A DNA stretch of 64,000 nucleotides from Callorhinchus milii (Eukaryota): assembly GCF_018977255.1 (NCBI RefSeq), contig NW_024704742.1, positions 119,166,001 through 119,230,000 of the forward strand, read 5' to 3'. The notes under the pieces were generated by a model. That model had not been told where the DNA came from, made no database searches, and saw nothing but the letters and a program-made list of their open reading frames with translations. The position numbers and the translations under genes were made by a program. This document shows, in pieces, positions 13,830 through 27,129 of this stretch (the first letter of the stretch is position 1; every line of letters starts with the position of its first letter).

Positions 13830-14631
13830 GAAGCCATACTCCTTGGCTCCCTTCAACATCTTCACTCCTGTGGATCTAAACTCCTCAACCTCCCTGGGCT
13901 CGCCCTCAGACTCACCAAACCAGCGTGCAATCTAGGCGTCTGGTTCGATCCCCAGCTGTCCTTCCTCCCCCACATCGGGTCCCTGACCAGGACCTCCTTC
14001 TTCCACGTCCGCCACATTGCCCGCCTCTGACCGTACCTTACCCCCCAAATGCAACCGAAACCCTCGTGCATGAGTTTGTCACCTCCCGCTTGGATTATTC
14101 AAACACACTCCTCACCGGTCTCCCCAGCTTCACCATTCACAAGTTCCAGCTCATTCAAAGCTCTGCTGCCCACATACTGACCTGGACCAAACTCCGTACC
14201 CACATCTCACCAGTTCTGGCCAAGCTCCACTGGCTCCCCATCTCCGAACGGATCAACTTCAAGATCCTCACTCTTGTGTTCAAATCAATTCAATCCCTGC
14301 CACGTCCCTACCCCTCCATCCTCCTCACTCCCAAATCCATCACCCAGAGCCTCTGCTCGACTGGCACTGGCCGCCTGCTTATCCCTCGCACCCTACACCC
14401 CACCATCGGAGGTTGCGCTTTCAGCCACTACGCCCCGAAACTCTGGAACACTCTCCCTCAATCCTTCTGCCTTGCCCCCTCTCTCCCCTTTTTCAAGTCC
14501 CACCTGAAAACCTTCCTCCTCGACCGTGCGTACGGCCACCTCCCCACCTCTCACCCACGCTACTGTTAAACACTCTGAAATGCTATCCTGCATAGAGAGC
14601 GCTACATAAGTGCAAGTTGTTGTTGTTGTTG
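13830..14631 (+). mobile_element. L2-clade LINE 3' fragment (second subfamily)
   Basis: ORF 13925..14569: [37 protein letters not shown]; (TTG)n tail. Confidence 0.92.
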
Positions 14632-14699
14632 TATCTTTAACAGCTCTTGGGTAAACAGGTAAATGGGCTTCTTGCAGTGTTTGTGCCCCTTACTTAATG

Positions 14700-15065
14700 A
14701 ACCTGGTTGAGTTGGGTGCATTCTCACTTCTGTGTTAGAAGGATTGAAGCCCCACACCAGGACTTTGAGCTCATAGTCTAGCCAGGGTGGTCCAGTGTTT
14801 TGGTTGCTGAAGGCCAGGTGCCCTATTTGAGAAATGTCCGTGGGCCGCAAAGGCAATATTTTGGGTTTCCCTTCCAGAAACACAACATAATGTTTACAGG
14901 GAATGGATGAGGCAGATGAAATGGAAGTAGAGGGGCCAGATTAAATCGCATCAGGCCCGTGGGCCGCCAGTTGGACCACCCTAGTCTAGGCTGACATTCC
15001 AGTGCGCTGCTAGAGCAGTGCCCTACAATATAAGAGTGTCATCCATTTGGTGGGATATTGAACCA
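14700..15065 (+). mobile_element. Deu-domain SINE interrupted by a hAT MITE
   Basis: SINE sequence gagctcatagtctag...gctgacattccagtg is split at the insertion. Confidence 0.65.
14783..14983. mobile_element. hAT (Charlie/MER45-like) MITE
   Basis: TIR (C/T)AGGGTGGTCCA; GTCTAG-containing target duplication; subterminal GGGCCG motifs. Confidence 0.75.
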
Positions 15066-16039
15066 ATGTGTCATTTCAGAGCATCCAGAATAGTTAATTA
15101 CAGCCTCAATTTTGTAGAAAGTTTTCTGTAAATTCTTTTATGATTTACACAAAAGTGACTTCAATATTTAGACTGAATTCAACAATTTATCAAATTCTGG
15201 ACTCTCTAAAATGTTACATCAATGAAGTCAATCTAGACCCAGGCAAAATTCCTCCCCATAAATTAGCTGAACGGTCATCTGAAATCCAAGCTCTAGAATG
15301 GAAAGTTCCACTGAAGCTTGTCAGCCCTATCAGCCAAATCAAGGCCAACGAAAGAAAGTTAACATCTCTTTTAAAAGAAAAGCATCTCTTTCTTTTGATT
15401 CCAGAAATACTGGTTTCTCAGATAGAAATTTAAGGCCCAGGAAAGGTAACTTCAAGCCATCTGGCCAGTCCTAAACTTTTAACAAAAATGTTAAGTAATT
15501 CCACACTTCTCTGTCTATCTCATTCCCCTCAATTGAATTCTTTGCTAAATAGTTATCTACAACTTCAAAAACAATTTACATTTATAGATCATCTTTCTCA
15601 TCACTTCACACAGCTGAAAGGGTAACCAAGACCATTAACACAGAGGGAAGAGGAACTTAGATTATCCACAGCCTACTTGAAGAACAAACTGTTTTGGTTG
15701 TCCATCTACTTCAACTGCCCCTGACAATAATAATAATAATCCTTGAATTTGATATAGCGCTTTTCAAGTCTTTGAGACGTATCAAAGTGCTTCACAGAAT
15801 ATACTGTAAAGTGAATTGACTGCATTTTTGTGGGCGAAACTGGTGTGATCCATCTCACGTACCACAGTAATGACTCAATAAAGGATTGAAGTCCAATCCT
15901 GTAAACTGGTATGTTTACTGCTGCACCATTTCAACTGCTGGCCTGTAATTTGGTTGCCAATATGAATTTGGAGCGAAAGATATTATAGCATTTGCGAACA
16001 TATAGCATAGATTTAAAAGAATGTTATCATGGATGAGTG

Positions 16040-16510
16040 GATACATCTCTCAAGAAAGATTGTAGGTGTAGATTTTCTCTGGAGTTAAGATGACTGAGAG
16101 GAGATCTGGTACAAATGTTTAAGAGTATGAAAGGATTTGATATTGATAGGCTGTTTCCACTTGTTAGTGAGTTCAAAATTAGTGGGCATAAATATAAGAT
16201 AGCTAGTAGTATATCTAATAATATCTAGTAGCACCTTTCACATTGGGAAGGATGTTACAAAGAGCTTGACAATGACAGCTGGACACCTGAGCTGGGAGGT
16301 CTTGGGGAGTTTAAGAAGAGCTTCTTAATGCAATGGATGGTGAGAATGTGAAAGTCACTGCTAGAAAGTGTAGTTGAAGCAAATAGCATCAATGTTTTTA
16401 AGAGAAAGGTTGCGAACATATAGGGGAGGAGAATAGGTGGGGCGGGGGTTGTGTGGAGTTTTAAACTGGCACTGACTAATTGGGCTGAATTGCCTGTTTC
16501 TGGGTTGTAC
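16040..16510 (+). mobile_element. CR1-type LINE 3' fragment
   Basis: agatgactgagaggagatctg...tgggctgaattgcctgtttctg. Confidence 0.75.
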
Positions 16511-17071
16511 TATTATGTAACCATATATCTTGCTCTATTATGAGATTGGCCTTTTTTGGTGTATTTAGTGAGTTGTACAATTGGATTTGTGACTTCCTCA
16601 AAGGAAGTAAACACTGGTCCATGATTAATACATGTTTGTTTTCTTATCTCAACAACTACATGGCCCATTCTCTTCCTTACCTTTATCAGAGATGTAGCAG
16701 TGGTTCCCATCAAAAGTTCTATTTTCCTTCTGATACATGCCACTGGTTAATAGAAACAGCAATCAAAACTGCAGTTGTTAGGATCAATTTAGTGAGGTAT
16801 GGCCAGCGCCAGTAGAAAATTGTGGAAATATTTGCCAAAAATTGCAGGATAATTTGACAAATTTTGTGGAAAGTGGTGGTGGGGGGAGGGGGAATATTAA
16901 TGCTTTCCTTAACAAAAACTGTGTGGTTCACTCGTTGAGTGGTGGGGTGGGGGGACCCCTGTGCAGGCCTGAAGGGCTGAATGGCCCATTCCCGTTCTCA
17001 GTATTGCTCGCCAAGTTCACCACTGTCCTGATTGGTCACCAGATCCTGCCTCTTGGGACCCACCACCGCAC

Positions 17072-17344
17072 ATAGACACAGAAATCCAGAGAGAGACACG
17101 CACACATACACTCACACACACATAGAAGCATACATACACTCACACACACATACTCACGCACATACTCACGCACACAGACACACATAAACTCACACACAGA
17201 GACACACTCACACACACACACACAGAAACACATACACTCACACACACATACACAAATATACTCACATATAGAGAGAGACACACACATACTCACAGATACA
17301 GAGAAAGAGAGAAGCACACTCACAGAGAGAGAAAGAGAGAGAGA
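17072..17344 (+). repeat. (CA)/(GA)-rich microsatellite
   Basis: Visible directly. Continues at ~17960-18105 on the other side of an L2 fragment. Confidence 0.9.
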
Positions 17345-17940
17345 GTTGGGTTCAGGAGGGGTGGAGGGCAGGGGGAGTTGGGAGACTGGCTGAAGGCATG
17401 GTCAAAGAGAAAGGTCTTTAGATGGGACTTGAAGGAGGCAAGAGAGGAGGTGAAGCAGAGGCATTGCGGGATAGAGTTCCAGAGTGTGGGGTCAGTGATG
17501 CTGAATGCCCGACCCCCAATGGTGGGGCAGGAAGTGTGAGGGACATGAAGCAGGCTGGGGTCCGCCGAGCAGAGGGAGTGGACAGGCTGATATGGGGTTA
17601 GGAGGTAGGAGCTGTAGACAGTTGTAGGTGGTAGCGAGGCAGTGGAGGGCTTTGAAGGTGAAAATGAGGGTTTAATACTCGATTCCCTAAAGGATGGGGA
17701 GCCAGTAAAGCTGGGCAAAAATGGGAGTGATTGGTTTGTGCAGCCTGGTGTGGGAGAGAGCATGAACTGCAGAGCTCTGAATAATCTGCAGCTTGTGGAG
17801 GGAAGATTTAGGAAATCCAGTGAGCGGGCAGTTGGTGTAGTCAAGCCGGGACGTGATGAAAGAATGGATCAGGGTCTCGGCGGTCTGTGGTGAGAGGCAG
17901 TGGCGGAGGCGGGCAATGTTGCGGAGGTGGGGATAGGTGA
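17345..17940 (-). mobile_element. L2 LINE fragment
   Basis: [34 protein letters not shown] on the minus strand. Confidence 0.9.
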
Positions 17941-18529
17941 ATGTGGGGTGTAAAGGATAGCACAGACAGTGACACACACACTCACAAACACAAACAGACA
18001 CATTCATACAGAGACACTAATAAACACACACAAACACACACAGATAGAGGAGAGACACAGACACACACACACACATGCATACAGAGGAGAGAGACATACA
18101 GACAATCTCAACAGCGGGTCCTTGGGGTGAGCGAAGCCCATTTCACAATCAACGCACGATGCATATGAATCCAGAGCCACTCTGCTCACAGTAGCAACGT
18201 CGAGTAAACAACCGAGACCTGGCCAAGCACACTGGGTTTTTACAGGTTTATAGTGGAGGGAGTTGTTTATAGGGCAGGGAGTTGTTTACAGTGGATTTCG
18301 AGGAAAAATTGTGGTGGCAGTTTTTTTGTTGGCCCAGGGTGTAGATCATCATTACATTAACACTTGTCTCTTTCTGCATTTATCTCTTTCTATTATTGCA
18401 CAACTTGCTGTGCAAAAATAATTCTCACGGTTCTCAGACACAGTACAACATAAATCAGCATTAATTAGAAACATGAAATGTTTCATCGATATCATTCAAA
18501 AATGTGAGGAAATTTCGATCATCAACTAT

Positions 18530-18770
18530 AACAACAACAACAAAATTACATTTATAGAGCGCCTTTCACGTCGGGAGGACGTCCCAAAGCACTGAACAGT
18601 CAGATGTCGGGGCCTGAGCATGGGGGAGGGGTGGTGTAGGGGTGAGGAAAGGCAGAGAGGTGGGAGGGAGACCAAAGGCACGGTCGAAGAGAAGGGTCTT
18701 GAGACCGGCCTTGAAGGATGCAAGGGAGGAAGCGAGGCAAAGGGACCATGGGATGGAGTTCCAGAGTTCA
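18530..18770 (-). mobile_element. L2 LINE 3' end
   Basis: LWNSIP...FKAGLKTLLFDRAF; tail tgggacgtcctcccgacgtgaaaggcgct, (TTG)n. Confidence 0.88.
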
Positions 18771-18904
18771 CCATTGTAACCCAAATCTGTGCCCTCCTGC
18801 TATCTCAGTGCATCTGAAAGTGTTGTCCTGGGGTTACGCTCTCATTCCAATTAATGTTTTACCTACCTCTCTCAGTAAGGTCCTATCTGCGGCATCTCTT
18901 TTCG

Positions 18905-19205
18905 AGACTGAAGAGCTCTAGTGTGTCTAATCATCATACATAACTCATCCCTCTAATACTGGGGATCATCCTTGTTGCTCTCCATTGCAGTGCCTCTCGG
19001 ACCCGAGAGCAGTGGTACACAGTACTCTAGGTGAAGCCTGACCAGAGACTTTACAGCTTCAGTAATGACTTCTGAGGATCTGAACACAATTGATTTGGCA
19101 TTATAGCCCAGCAACCTGTTTGTCTTATTTATTGCTGCCTCACACTGTTTTGACATGATGACTGATGAGTTAACTAACACCTCGAGATCTCTTTCAGCTT
19201 TGCTT
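18905..19205 (-). mobile_element. CR1 LINE fragment
   Basis: ORF 18953..19180: QCEAAINKTNRLLG...SLVRLHLEYC. Confidence 0.8.
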
Positions 19206-19511
19206 TTGGCAAGTTGGCAGATCGATGTCTCTCATTTCTCTTGGAGTCTGTCACTTCAATAATCGTTCCTGGTCACTAAACTGACGGTTTTCCTTTTTAA
19301 AAGAACATTTACTGCCCTCTTTATTAGGCAAATATCTGTTCTGTTGAATGGCAGTTAATGCTACAATTCAAAGATTTAGCATGTTTGACTGCATCTGTGG
19401 AGATGCCATCTCAAGTAGACAAGTGAGTTCTGCTATTCATTAGTGTCAAATCTCTTCTCTTTTAATCTGCTCAGATGTATCCATATCCATATGTCACCAA
19501 TTATTATTGAG

Positions 19512-19890
19512 GTTGTTTATCTCAGTGGTAGCACTCTTGCCTCTGGGTCAGAAAGGTTGTGTGTTCAAGTCCCATTTCGGGACTTTGAACTCATAGTCCA
19601 GCTGACATTCCAGTGTAAGACTGGGGAGGTCCTTCAGGTAATATGTTGAAGCCAAGGTCCTTTCTACCTGTTCGGGCAGATATTAAAGACCCCGTGTTAA
19701 TATTTGAAGAGAGAAGGGAGTTTTTTGCCGTGTACTGGCTAACAATCTTCCAGATAAAATTGGTCATTCACATCATGGCTGTTTGTAAGACATTGCTCTG
19801 GGCAAATCTGCTGCTATGTTGGCCTTAATATACACAGGATCACAACATTTTAGAGTAATTTTGTTTGAAGAGCTTTGAGACAATTTAACA
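19512..19890 (+). mobile_element. Deu-domain SINE
   Basis: ctcagtggtagcactcttgcctctgggtcagaaagg...gttcaagtccc...ctgacattccagtg. Confidence 0.7.
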
Positions 19891-20458
19891 GGATAGGTTC
19901 TACAGCAAATTCAGAGATTATTATTATTACAAGTATTTCATTAGGATTTTATGGTCAGCCAGGTGTTTGACACGTTTGGAAACCCATCACCACACTTAAG
20001 AGTTTGAAACCCAAACTGAGAGACAGACTGTTGGAATGGAATGCACACTCTCTCTGCTTACCTAATTCCAGAAAGTATTAGGCCCAGGCTTGGGTACCCC
20101 AGAGTGTGCATTGTGGTATTGTTGGAGTCTAACCAGCTAAAATCGCATAGCTTGCCCTTGATAATTGTCTGGCAAGCTTTCCTGCTGCTTGCCAGCTAGG
20201 ACGACCTTACGCATAAGGGTTTTGCAGGGTTAACAGGAGTTGAGAGGGATGATTCCCTGCTCCCAGTAACTGGTCTGACCTTCCAAGTCCTGCCAATGAG
20301 ACAGGCTGGCTGTGCTGTTATCAACAGTGCCTTGGAGTTATGTTAGGTATCATTGTTCTGAATTTTGTTGTGTGTGCTGCAGGCACGTGCATATCTATGT
20401 ATATATAATATATATATATATATACACACACACACATATACAGAGATGTATACATATT

Positions 20459-20780
20459 GTGGAGTCCTGTAGCTCAGTGGTTAGAGCACTCGCTTTGCAA
20501 GCGAGAGACCTGAGTTCAGTTCCAGGCAGGGCGAAACCTTGGGCAAGTTTCCTTACTCCACACGCCTAATAATAATCCCTCCAAAAAACAAAAACAATAA
20601 TAAAAATTGGTCATTTTTAATCTACGACTGTTTGTGGGACATTGCTGTGCTCAATTGGCTGCCGCGTTCGCCCAAAAATATACAGTTAATTCACTTTACA
20701 GTGTGTTCTGTGAAGCGCTTTGGGTCGTCCTCCGGACATGAAAAGTGCTATATCAAATGCAAGGATAATTATTATTATTA
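20459..20780 (+). mobile_element. Full-length tRNA-Ala-derived SINE
   Basis: Highly similar to 2664-2980. Preceded by a (TA)n(CA)n tract at ~20395-20445. Confidence 0.9.
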
Positions 20781-22009
20781 TATTTGTTTATATTGGCAAA
20801 TCAGGTGAAATGCCAAGCCTCACACTGAAGGATAGTGCCTAGCATAAAGAGAATTAGGAGAGGGTGATATGAATAAAGAAGTATGGTTCTGTGATGCAAG
20901 CTTGAGTCTTGCATTCCTTGTGCAGTAACGCAAAGTAAAGTACATTTTCTCTATAACAGGATGTAATTATTTTCCCTTGATTTGATTTTTGGAACAAATT
21001 CCAAGATCTTCTAGTGTAGTGCTTCAGTGTCCTGCCTGACCTAACATGCTCCCTTAACGCTTACTAGACTGTGGACCATGTTTGTCAAATCTAACCCTTT
21101 GCTATTATGCCTGTGTGTAACGTGATGGTTGGGGATTTCAGATATACTAAAGGAGGATCTGATAATTGCTCAGTGGTAAAGTAGAACTGTGTGAGTTTTT
21201 GCTCCGAGAACAGAATTCAGTAATAATCATTCAGAGTACTAGTAAATCCATTATATAACTGTCCATCTGTGAATCAAAATCACCCGTATGTCTGGTCTGG
21301 AAGCAGATTACAGGCTGATCTAATCTGAGGCCAATTCACCCAAAAAATTATGTCAAAGATAAATTGTGGCCACGCATTATCTGCAAAATTCCAGCTTGGT
21401 TTTAGTGGAGCACCAGGAAACGTGGTACGTCCAAGATTCAGTCTTCTACCCATTAAAATGGGTTTTGTGTCAACTTTATTGTAATTGATTTAGGAAAACA
21501 AAAGACTCCTTGCCAGCCAGAGAGCGATATAGAATGTGCCAAAATTCAATCTTATTGCAAATGACAGATGATTTAAAAACTGGAAAGCAACATTCAAGAA
21601 TGTTTTATCTTTATTTTGCTTTATATTATGATCTTTGTAGTCTTCCACACAATGTAGAAGCTCTGAGATTATGAATTAAATGAGAGTCATACAATGGCGT
21701 CCCATCTATTTCACTATTCATTTTTATAATAAAGGATCAGAGCTTTAATTAATTTTTAATGCTTCTCAAGATTATACCCTAGAACAATAACAAATTTACA
21801 ACATAGTAGGAAGGCTATTTTTGTTTGGTCAGCTGCGGTGTCTGATACATGTGGAAAACCATTGCTATCCAGACCAGACTCTTAGTTTAAAATATGCAAA
21901 ATATCCAATATTTTTTCTATTTAAAATATGGAAATTTCAATGCATGGAAATTTCCTTGTATCTAAAATGGAATGTGCATTCTCCCCTAGATTACCTAATA
22001 CCAGAAAGT

Positions 22010-22320
22010 AATAAAAATCGTTGCATTTGATATAGCACTTTTTCATGTCTTTGAGACATCTCAAAGTGCTTCACAGCATATACTGTAAAGTGAATTGACC
22101 GTATATTTTGTGGGCGAAATGTGGTAGTCCCACAATCAGCCATAGATTGAGCGACCAATTTATTATTTTTTTTCCCCCCCAAGGGGTTATTACCCACAGA
22201 ACAGTGATCTGCCCAATGATTTACAACGGGATTCCTACTTACTGTTAGGTAAACAGAGGCACATGGAATAAGGAGTGCTTATGAGGTGAGTGCTCTAACC
22301 ACTAAGCTACAGAACTCCAT
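22010..22320 (-). mobile_element. SINE copy (diverged)
   Basis: Reverse-complemented head (ctctaaccactaagctacagaactcca) and L2-type tail. Confidence 0.8.
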
Positions 22321-23133
22321 GAGGCACAGGTTAGCAAGGATCATCATTTGTGGACCCAGAGTGTGCATTGGGGTACTGCTGGAGGTTAACCAGCTGAAAA
22401 CACATCGAGAGTACCATCTGCCAAGCTTCCTGCTGCTTGTCCTATTAAGTTTATCAAAACTGTTAGAGCTTTGGCTGGCAGGTTAATAGGAGCAAAGTGG
22501 GAAGAATCTATGTTCCTAGTGACTGATCTGCATTTCCAAGTCTTGTTGAAGAGCCAGACTGTCTGATCTATAATCAACAGTGCCTTGGAGTACCGTGACC
22601 TTGCTTGGCTCAGGAACCAGACTACTGAGACTGTTACAGAGGGTGATTCAATTTTGACCTTCTATTACTGATCACATCACCTTGGAGCATGTTCAGCTCC
22701 TAGGAGACTCAACTTACCTATTGTCTACAACCCCCACCTCCTGGGGGATAGCCACTATTTAGCCATTTAACAGTTGAGAAGTATAGGTTAGAACCTTCAA
22801 TAGGCAGATAGCTGAACTTTCCTGGTGAACAGCATAACTCAGCACGAGATGCATGAATTCATTGCAAACATCCTTCTGCCCACAATTTGGACCGACATCC
22901 CCACCCATTGAGCAATGGATCCACCGTTGAATGTATGGAGCTTCAGCAGCACCTGATTAACTCTCTGTATATCAATTAAGGCGGATTCCAAGTCCTGAGT
23001 ATAAGTGTGGTCAATAACGTAACCTTCATGTGATACCTGTCAGCAGCTCATCACAAGCCTCAGAGTTTCCTGATCAGCTATTCAACGGACATCTGCCTTC
23101 AACATGATGAGAGGATCTGTGCTGGACTACTTG

Positions 23134-24100
23134 TAGAATCATAGAATTATACAGCACAGAAGGAGGCCATTTGGCCCATCGTATCTTTGCTGGCTCTTCG
23201 AAAAGAGCTTTCCAATTCAATCCCACTCACCTGCGCTCTCCCCATAGCTCTGCAAACTTGTCCTCCCCAAATAATTATCTACTTCTTTCTTAAAAGTTGT
23301 TATCGAATTGGCTTCCACCATCCTTTCAGGCAATACATTCCAGATCTGAACAACTCGCTGTGTGAAAACATTTCTCCTCACCTCCCCTCTGTTTCTTTTA
23401 ACAACTATTTTAAATTGGTGTCCTCGGGTTACCGACCCACTCGCCAGTAGAAATAGTTTCTCCTTTTTCACCCTATCAAATCCCCTCATAGTTTTGAAAA
23501 CTCCTATGAAGTCTCCTCTTAACCTTCTCTGCTCCAAGGAGAATAATCCTAGCTTCTCTAGCCTCTCCTTCCTGGTACGATCCTGGTAAATCTCCTTTGC
23601 ACTGTCTCCAATGCCTTGACATCCTTCCTAAAGTGTGGTCCTCAGAACTGAACACAGTACTCTAGCTGAGGCCTAACCAGTGTATTATAAAGGTTCATCA
23701 TAACTTCCTGACTTTTGTATTTTATTCCCCCATTTATAAGCTTAGTATCCCATATGCTTTTTAACAGCTTTATCTACCTGTCCTGCCACCTTCAAAAATG
23801 TATTTATATTAACCCCCAAGTCTCTCTGTTCCTTCATCCCCTTTAAGATTGTATCATCAGCTTATATTTTCTCATTCTTCTTTGCAAAATGCATAATTTT
23901 TAACCTTATCTGCCACGTGTCTGCCCATTTTACCAGTCTGTCTATGTCTATTTGCAGTCTGCTACTATCCTCCTCACTGTTTACTACTTTTCCTAGCTTA
24001 GTATCATCTATATATTTGGAAATTGTGCTCCCTATACCCAAGTCCAGGTCATTTATATAGATCAAAAATAGCAATGGGCCAATATTGACACCACTGCACA
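23134..24100 (-). mobile_element. CR1 LINE 3' fragment
   Basis: GPLLFLIYINDL, DDTKLG, EQRRLRGD, FTQRVVQIWNVLP; attctatgattcta tail. Confidence 0.93.
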
Positions 24101-24789
24101 CATGATGAGTTAGACACGATTTCCCTCTGGGTCCACCCTGGTGTCTTTTGTGAAGACAGATGTAGAGTACTAATTCAATACATCAGCCATGCCATCTGCC
24201 TCTTTAGTCCCTAATTGAACCCACCCTATCTTTGACTAACCTTTATTCTTTATATGCTTATAAAATACTTTGTTTCCCTTTTATGTTACCCGCTCTCTTT
24301 GCCCCTCTTATTTCCTTTTTCAGCTCTCCTCCTTGTACGTGCCAATTCCAGAGGTCCAAGTCCATTGTCGTGCACCAGGCTTAACAAGCAGCACCAACTG
24401 CTTAATCCAGGTCATGCTTTGGCGAATAGATGTGTCTGCCGAGAAGCCAACTCTACCTCCAGGGTGCTGAGCAATAGGTCAGCGATAGGCCAGAGCCCTT
24501 CCTCCCTGTAGCTACTTACCCTTTCTACCACAAATCCACCTGATTGATTGGACCTGGACTTTGCAAATGGGCTAAAGGAATCCGGCTTCTCAACGTAGTC
24601 CTGAAGGACCTTGTCCAAGAAACATTTGGTATTCACCACAATCCCCAGATCCTGATACAAATCATTCCTCCCAAATGCCCATTAAATATACAAATAAAAA
24701 ATAACGCACGTATTTCCTTTACACATCCTGGAGTAACATTTGTGAGCTTCCAAATGGAAAGATAGCAAACTAAGAGGTACACCAGGTCA

Positions 24790-24940
24790 ATTATAATAAA
24801 ATAATAAGAAGAATCCTTGTATGTGATATAGTGCTCAAAGCGCTTCACATAATATATTGTAAAGTGAATTGACCGTATATTTTGTGAGCGAAACGCAGCA
24901 GCCAATTGCACACAGCAGTGTCCCACAAACAGTTGTGGGA
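24790..24940 (-). mobile_element. SINE 3' fragment
   Basis: Reverse complement of tgtgggacactgctgtgtgcaattggctgctgcg...tgtgaagcgctttgag. Confidence 0.8.
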
Positions 24941-27123
24941 CTAATTATCCTACATATGCTTTTAAAAATAGAATAAAGCACCTTTTTTAAGTTCATTATC
25001 CGATTTTTAGCTGTGCAAGAAAATGATTACATCAAACCACAAAACTTCAGCTTTCATTTGCTCCTGGCTAAATTTTATAAACTTAATAATAATAAATTAT
25101 GCCCCAAATAGTCTGTAGATTATATCTATCAATCAAAATTTGGCAAGATTCAGAACTATTAATGCCATATAGCACAAACCTAGCACTGCAAAAATCCATT
25201 CAAATTTTCCATTATCACTGAAAATACAGTTTAAGAACGTTAAGATAAAAGCAATAGTGCAGAGCTTACATCACACTGCTATTTGTGTCACTCACTCGTC
25301 TTAACATTGAGTCATCGCAATGCTTTTTTTTTTGCATTTTCCGAAGACACTTGCGGTGATAATTTGATAGTGGACACAATGTCGTCAAACCTCATTTTCT
25401 TGTTCTATACAAGATAACAACAATAAAGCTTTTCTGCTGTTAAATGCAGCCAGTGATTACTACACCCTCAGCTTTCTAAAGCTTACCACATGATGGGGGC
25501 CAATTTTCCATTAATATGTCTTGTGTGTGTTGTAAATTGTAACATAACTAGAGTTTGAAAATTGCATGACCACATAAATGATGTACAATGGGACACTTAG
25601 ATTGAAAAATGTATTCTGCCCTTACTCTAGAGTGAAACTGAACCATACGTACCAGGAAAGTCTTGGATTTGATGTTTGGTCTGTGTTGAATAAACTGATC
25701 TCAGCTGTGATAATAATGAAAATGATACAATGGGCATTAGCAACTCTGGACTAGAGAGTTCAAATAATCAGTTGGGGTTTCTCACTTCAGAACGTTGTAA
25801 TTTCAAGTTCCACGTCAGGATTTTTAGTTCAAAGTCTTCTACTCTGAATGTCAATGGTGGCTGGGGGAGCACCACATTGTCGGATGTGCCATCCTTTGGA
25901 TGAGATGCTACACAGGAGTCCCACATTTAACTGTTCAGCTGAATCCCATTGAAGATCCCGTTGCACTAATTGAAAAGAGGAAAATTTCTCTGGTGTCCTC
26001 ACCAACAATTCTCCAGAGAAAAAAAAGGCTGTTCACTTGATAACTGTCTACCCACCCACCCCAACATTGGCAAGCAAGTTTTGAACCTTTCTGCCAGGAA
26101 CGCTATTCTGGAGTTTGACTTACTCCATTTCTAATACAGTGTATTCTGTGAAGCGCTTTGAGATGTCTCGACGTGAAAAGTGCTATATCAAAATGCAATG
26201 ATTATTATTATTATATCTCAAACTGGTAAAGGGATCCAGTTGAATTTTAAATTGAGAAATTCTATAATATCTGAATTATCTTAATGTGCTGGACATTAAA
26301 ATGCTCAAATCCCTGGAATACACCTAATCAACATCCTGTAGGAAGAACTAGAGAATGATGTTTCTGTGTTAAGAATATAGGAAATCTGAATTGTTAAAAG
26401 TATTATATTCAAACCAGTCAGTGAATATGGGGTAGAGTTTCTAAAAGGGCCCGAAGATTAACATCGTTCCAAACAGTTTTGTCAGTTAACTATTGAGTTT
26501 CACAAGATTGTTGTTACCTGATTAATGGTTTTGAACCATTGTTTACTAATAATTATGTGTAGAAATAATATTTTTCTGCAAATATAGCACTGATACCAAG
26601 TGCTTAAACCAGCAAATTAGCACTGCATGTAGAGTCTCTTTATTTCCACTGACAGTTCCATTTCTTGCACTTGAAAACTGGGGGATCAAGGCCTCAGCAC
26701 TCAGAACATTACATGAACTGGAGGTTTGCAGATGTACTCACCATAAATACAGCCACTCGCATCTGTCTGGGACAACTTTTTTCATATTCAGTTTAATAAA
26801 ATGTTGAAATTGGTATCAGTTAGAACCTGTCCAAACACTTATCTTAAAAGGAGATTGTGATTTCATTTTTTGTTTTAGTTCCCAGACTGTTTTTAGTTTT
26901 AATAGTTTCAAGTGTGTGGATTTAGCAAATTGTTGCACCGACTGACCTCATTAGAGTACACATCTTCTGTAAAATAACCTTGTCCTTAATTATGAACGTC
27001 TGCAGGAATTATGGTGTATGATTGCATGAAAATGAAACCCAAAATGTCCTGAACTTAACTGCACTACTTCATATCTCAGCCTATTCCTAAATTCCACACA
27101 CTATTTTTTTTCCAAACAAAAAC

Positions 27124-27129
27124 TTTATT
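27124..27129 (-). terminator. Candidate distal polyadenylation signal AATAAA
   Basis: Minus strand reads AATAAAgttttgtttggaaaaaaaa-tagtgtgtgg (GU-rich downstream). A second AATAAA lies at 27642-27647. Confidence 0.5.

Noticed and set aside
17036..17323. Cys/Val-rich ORF
   Set aside because: Translation of a (TG)n microsatellite.
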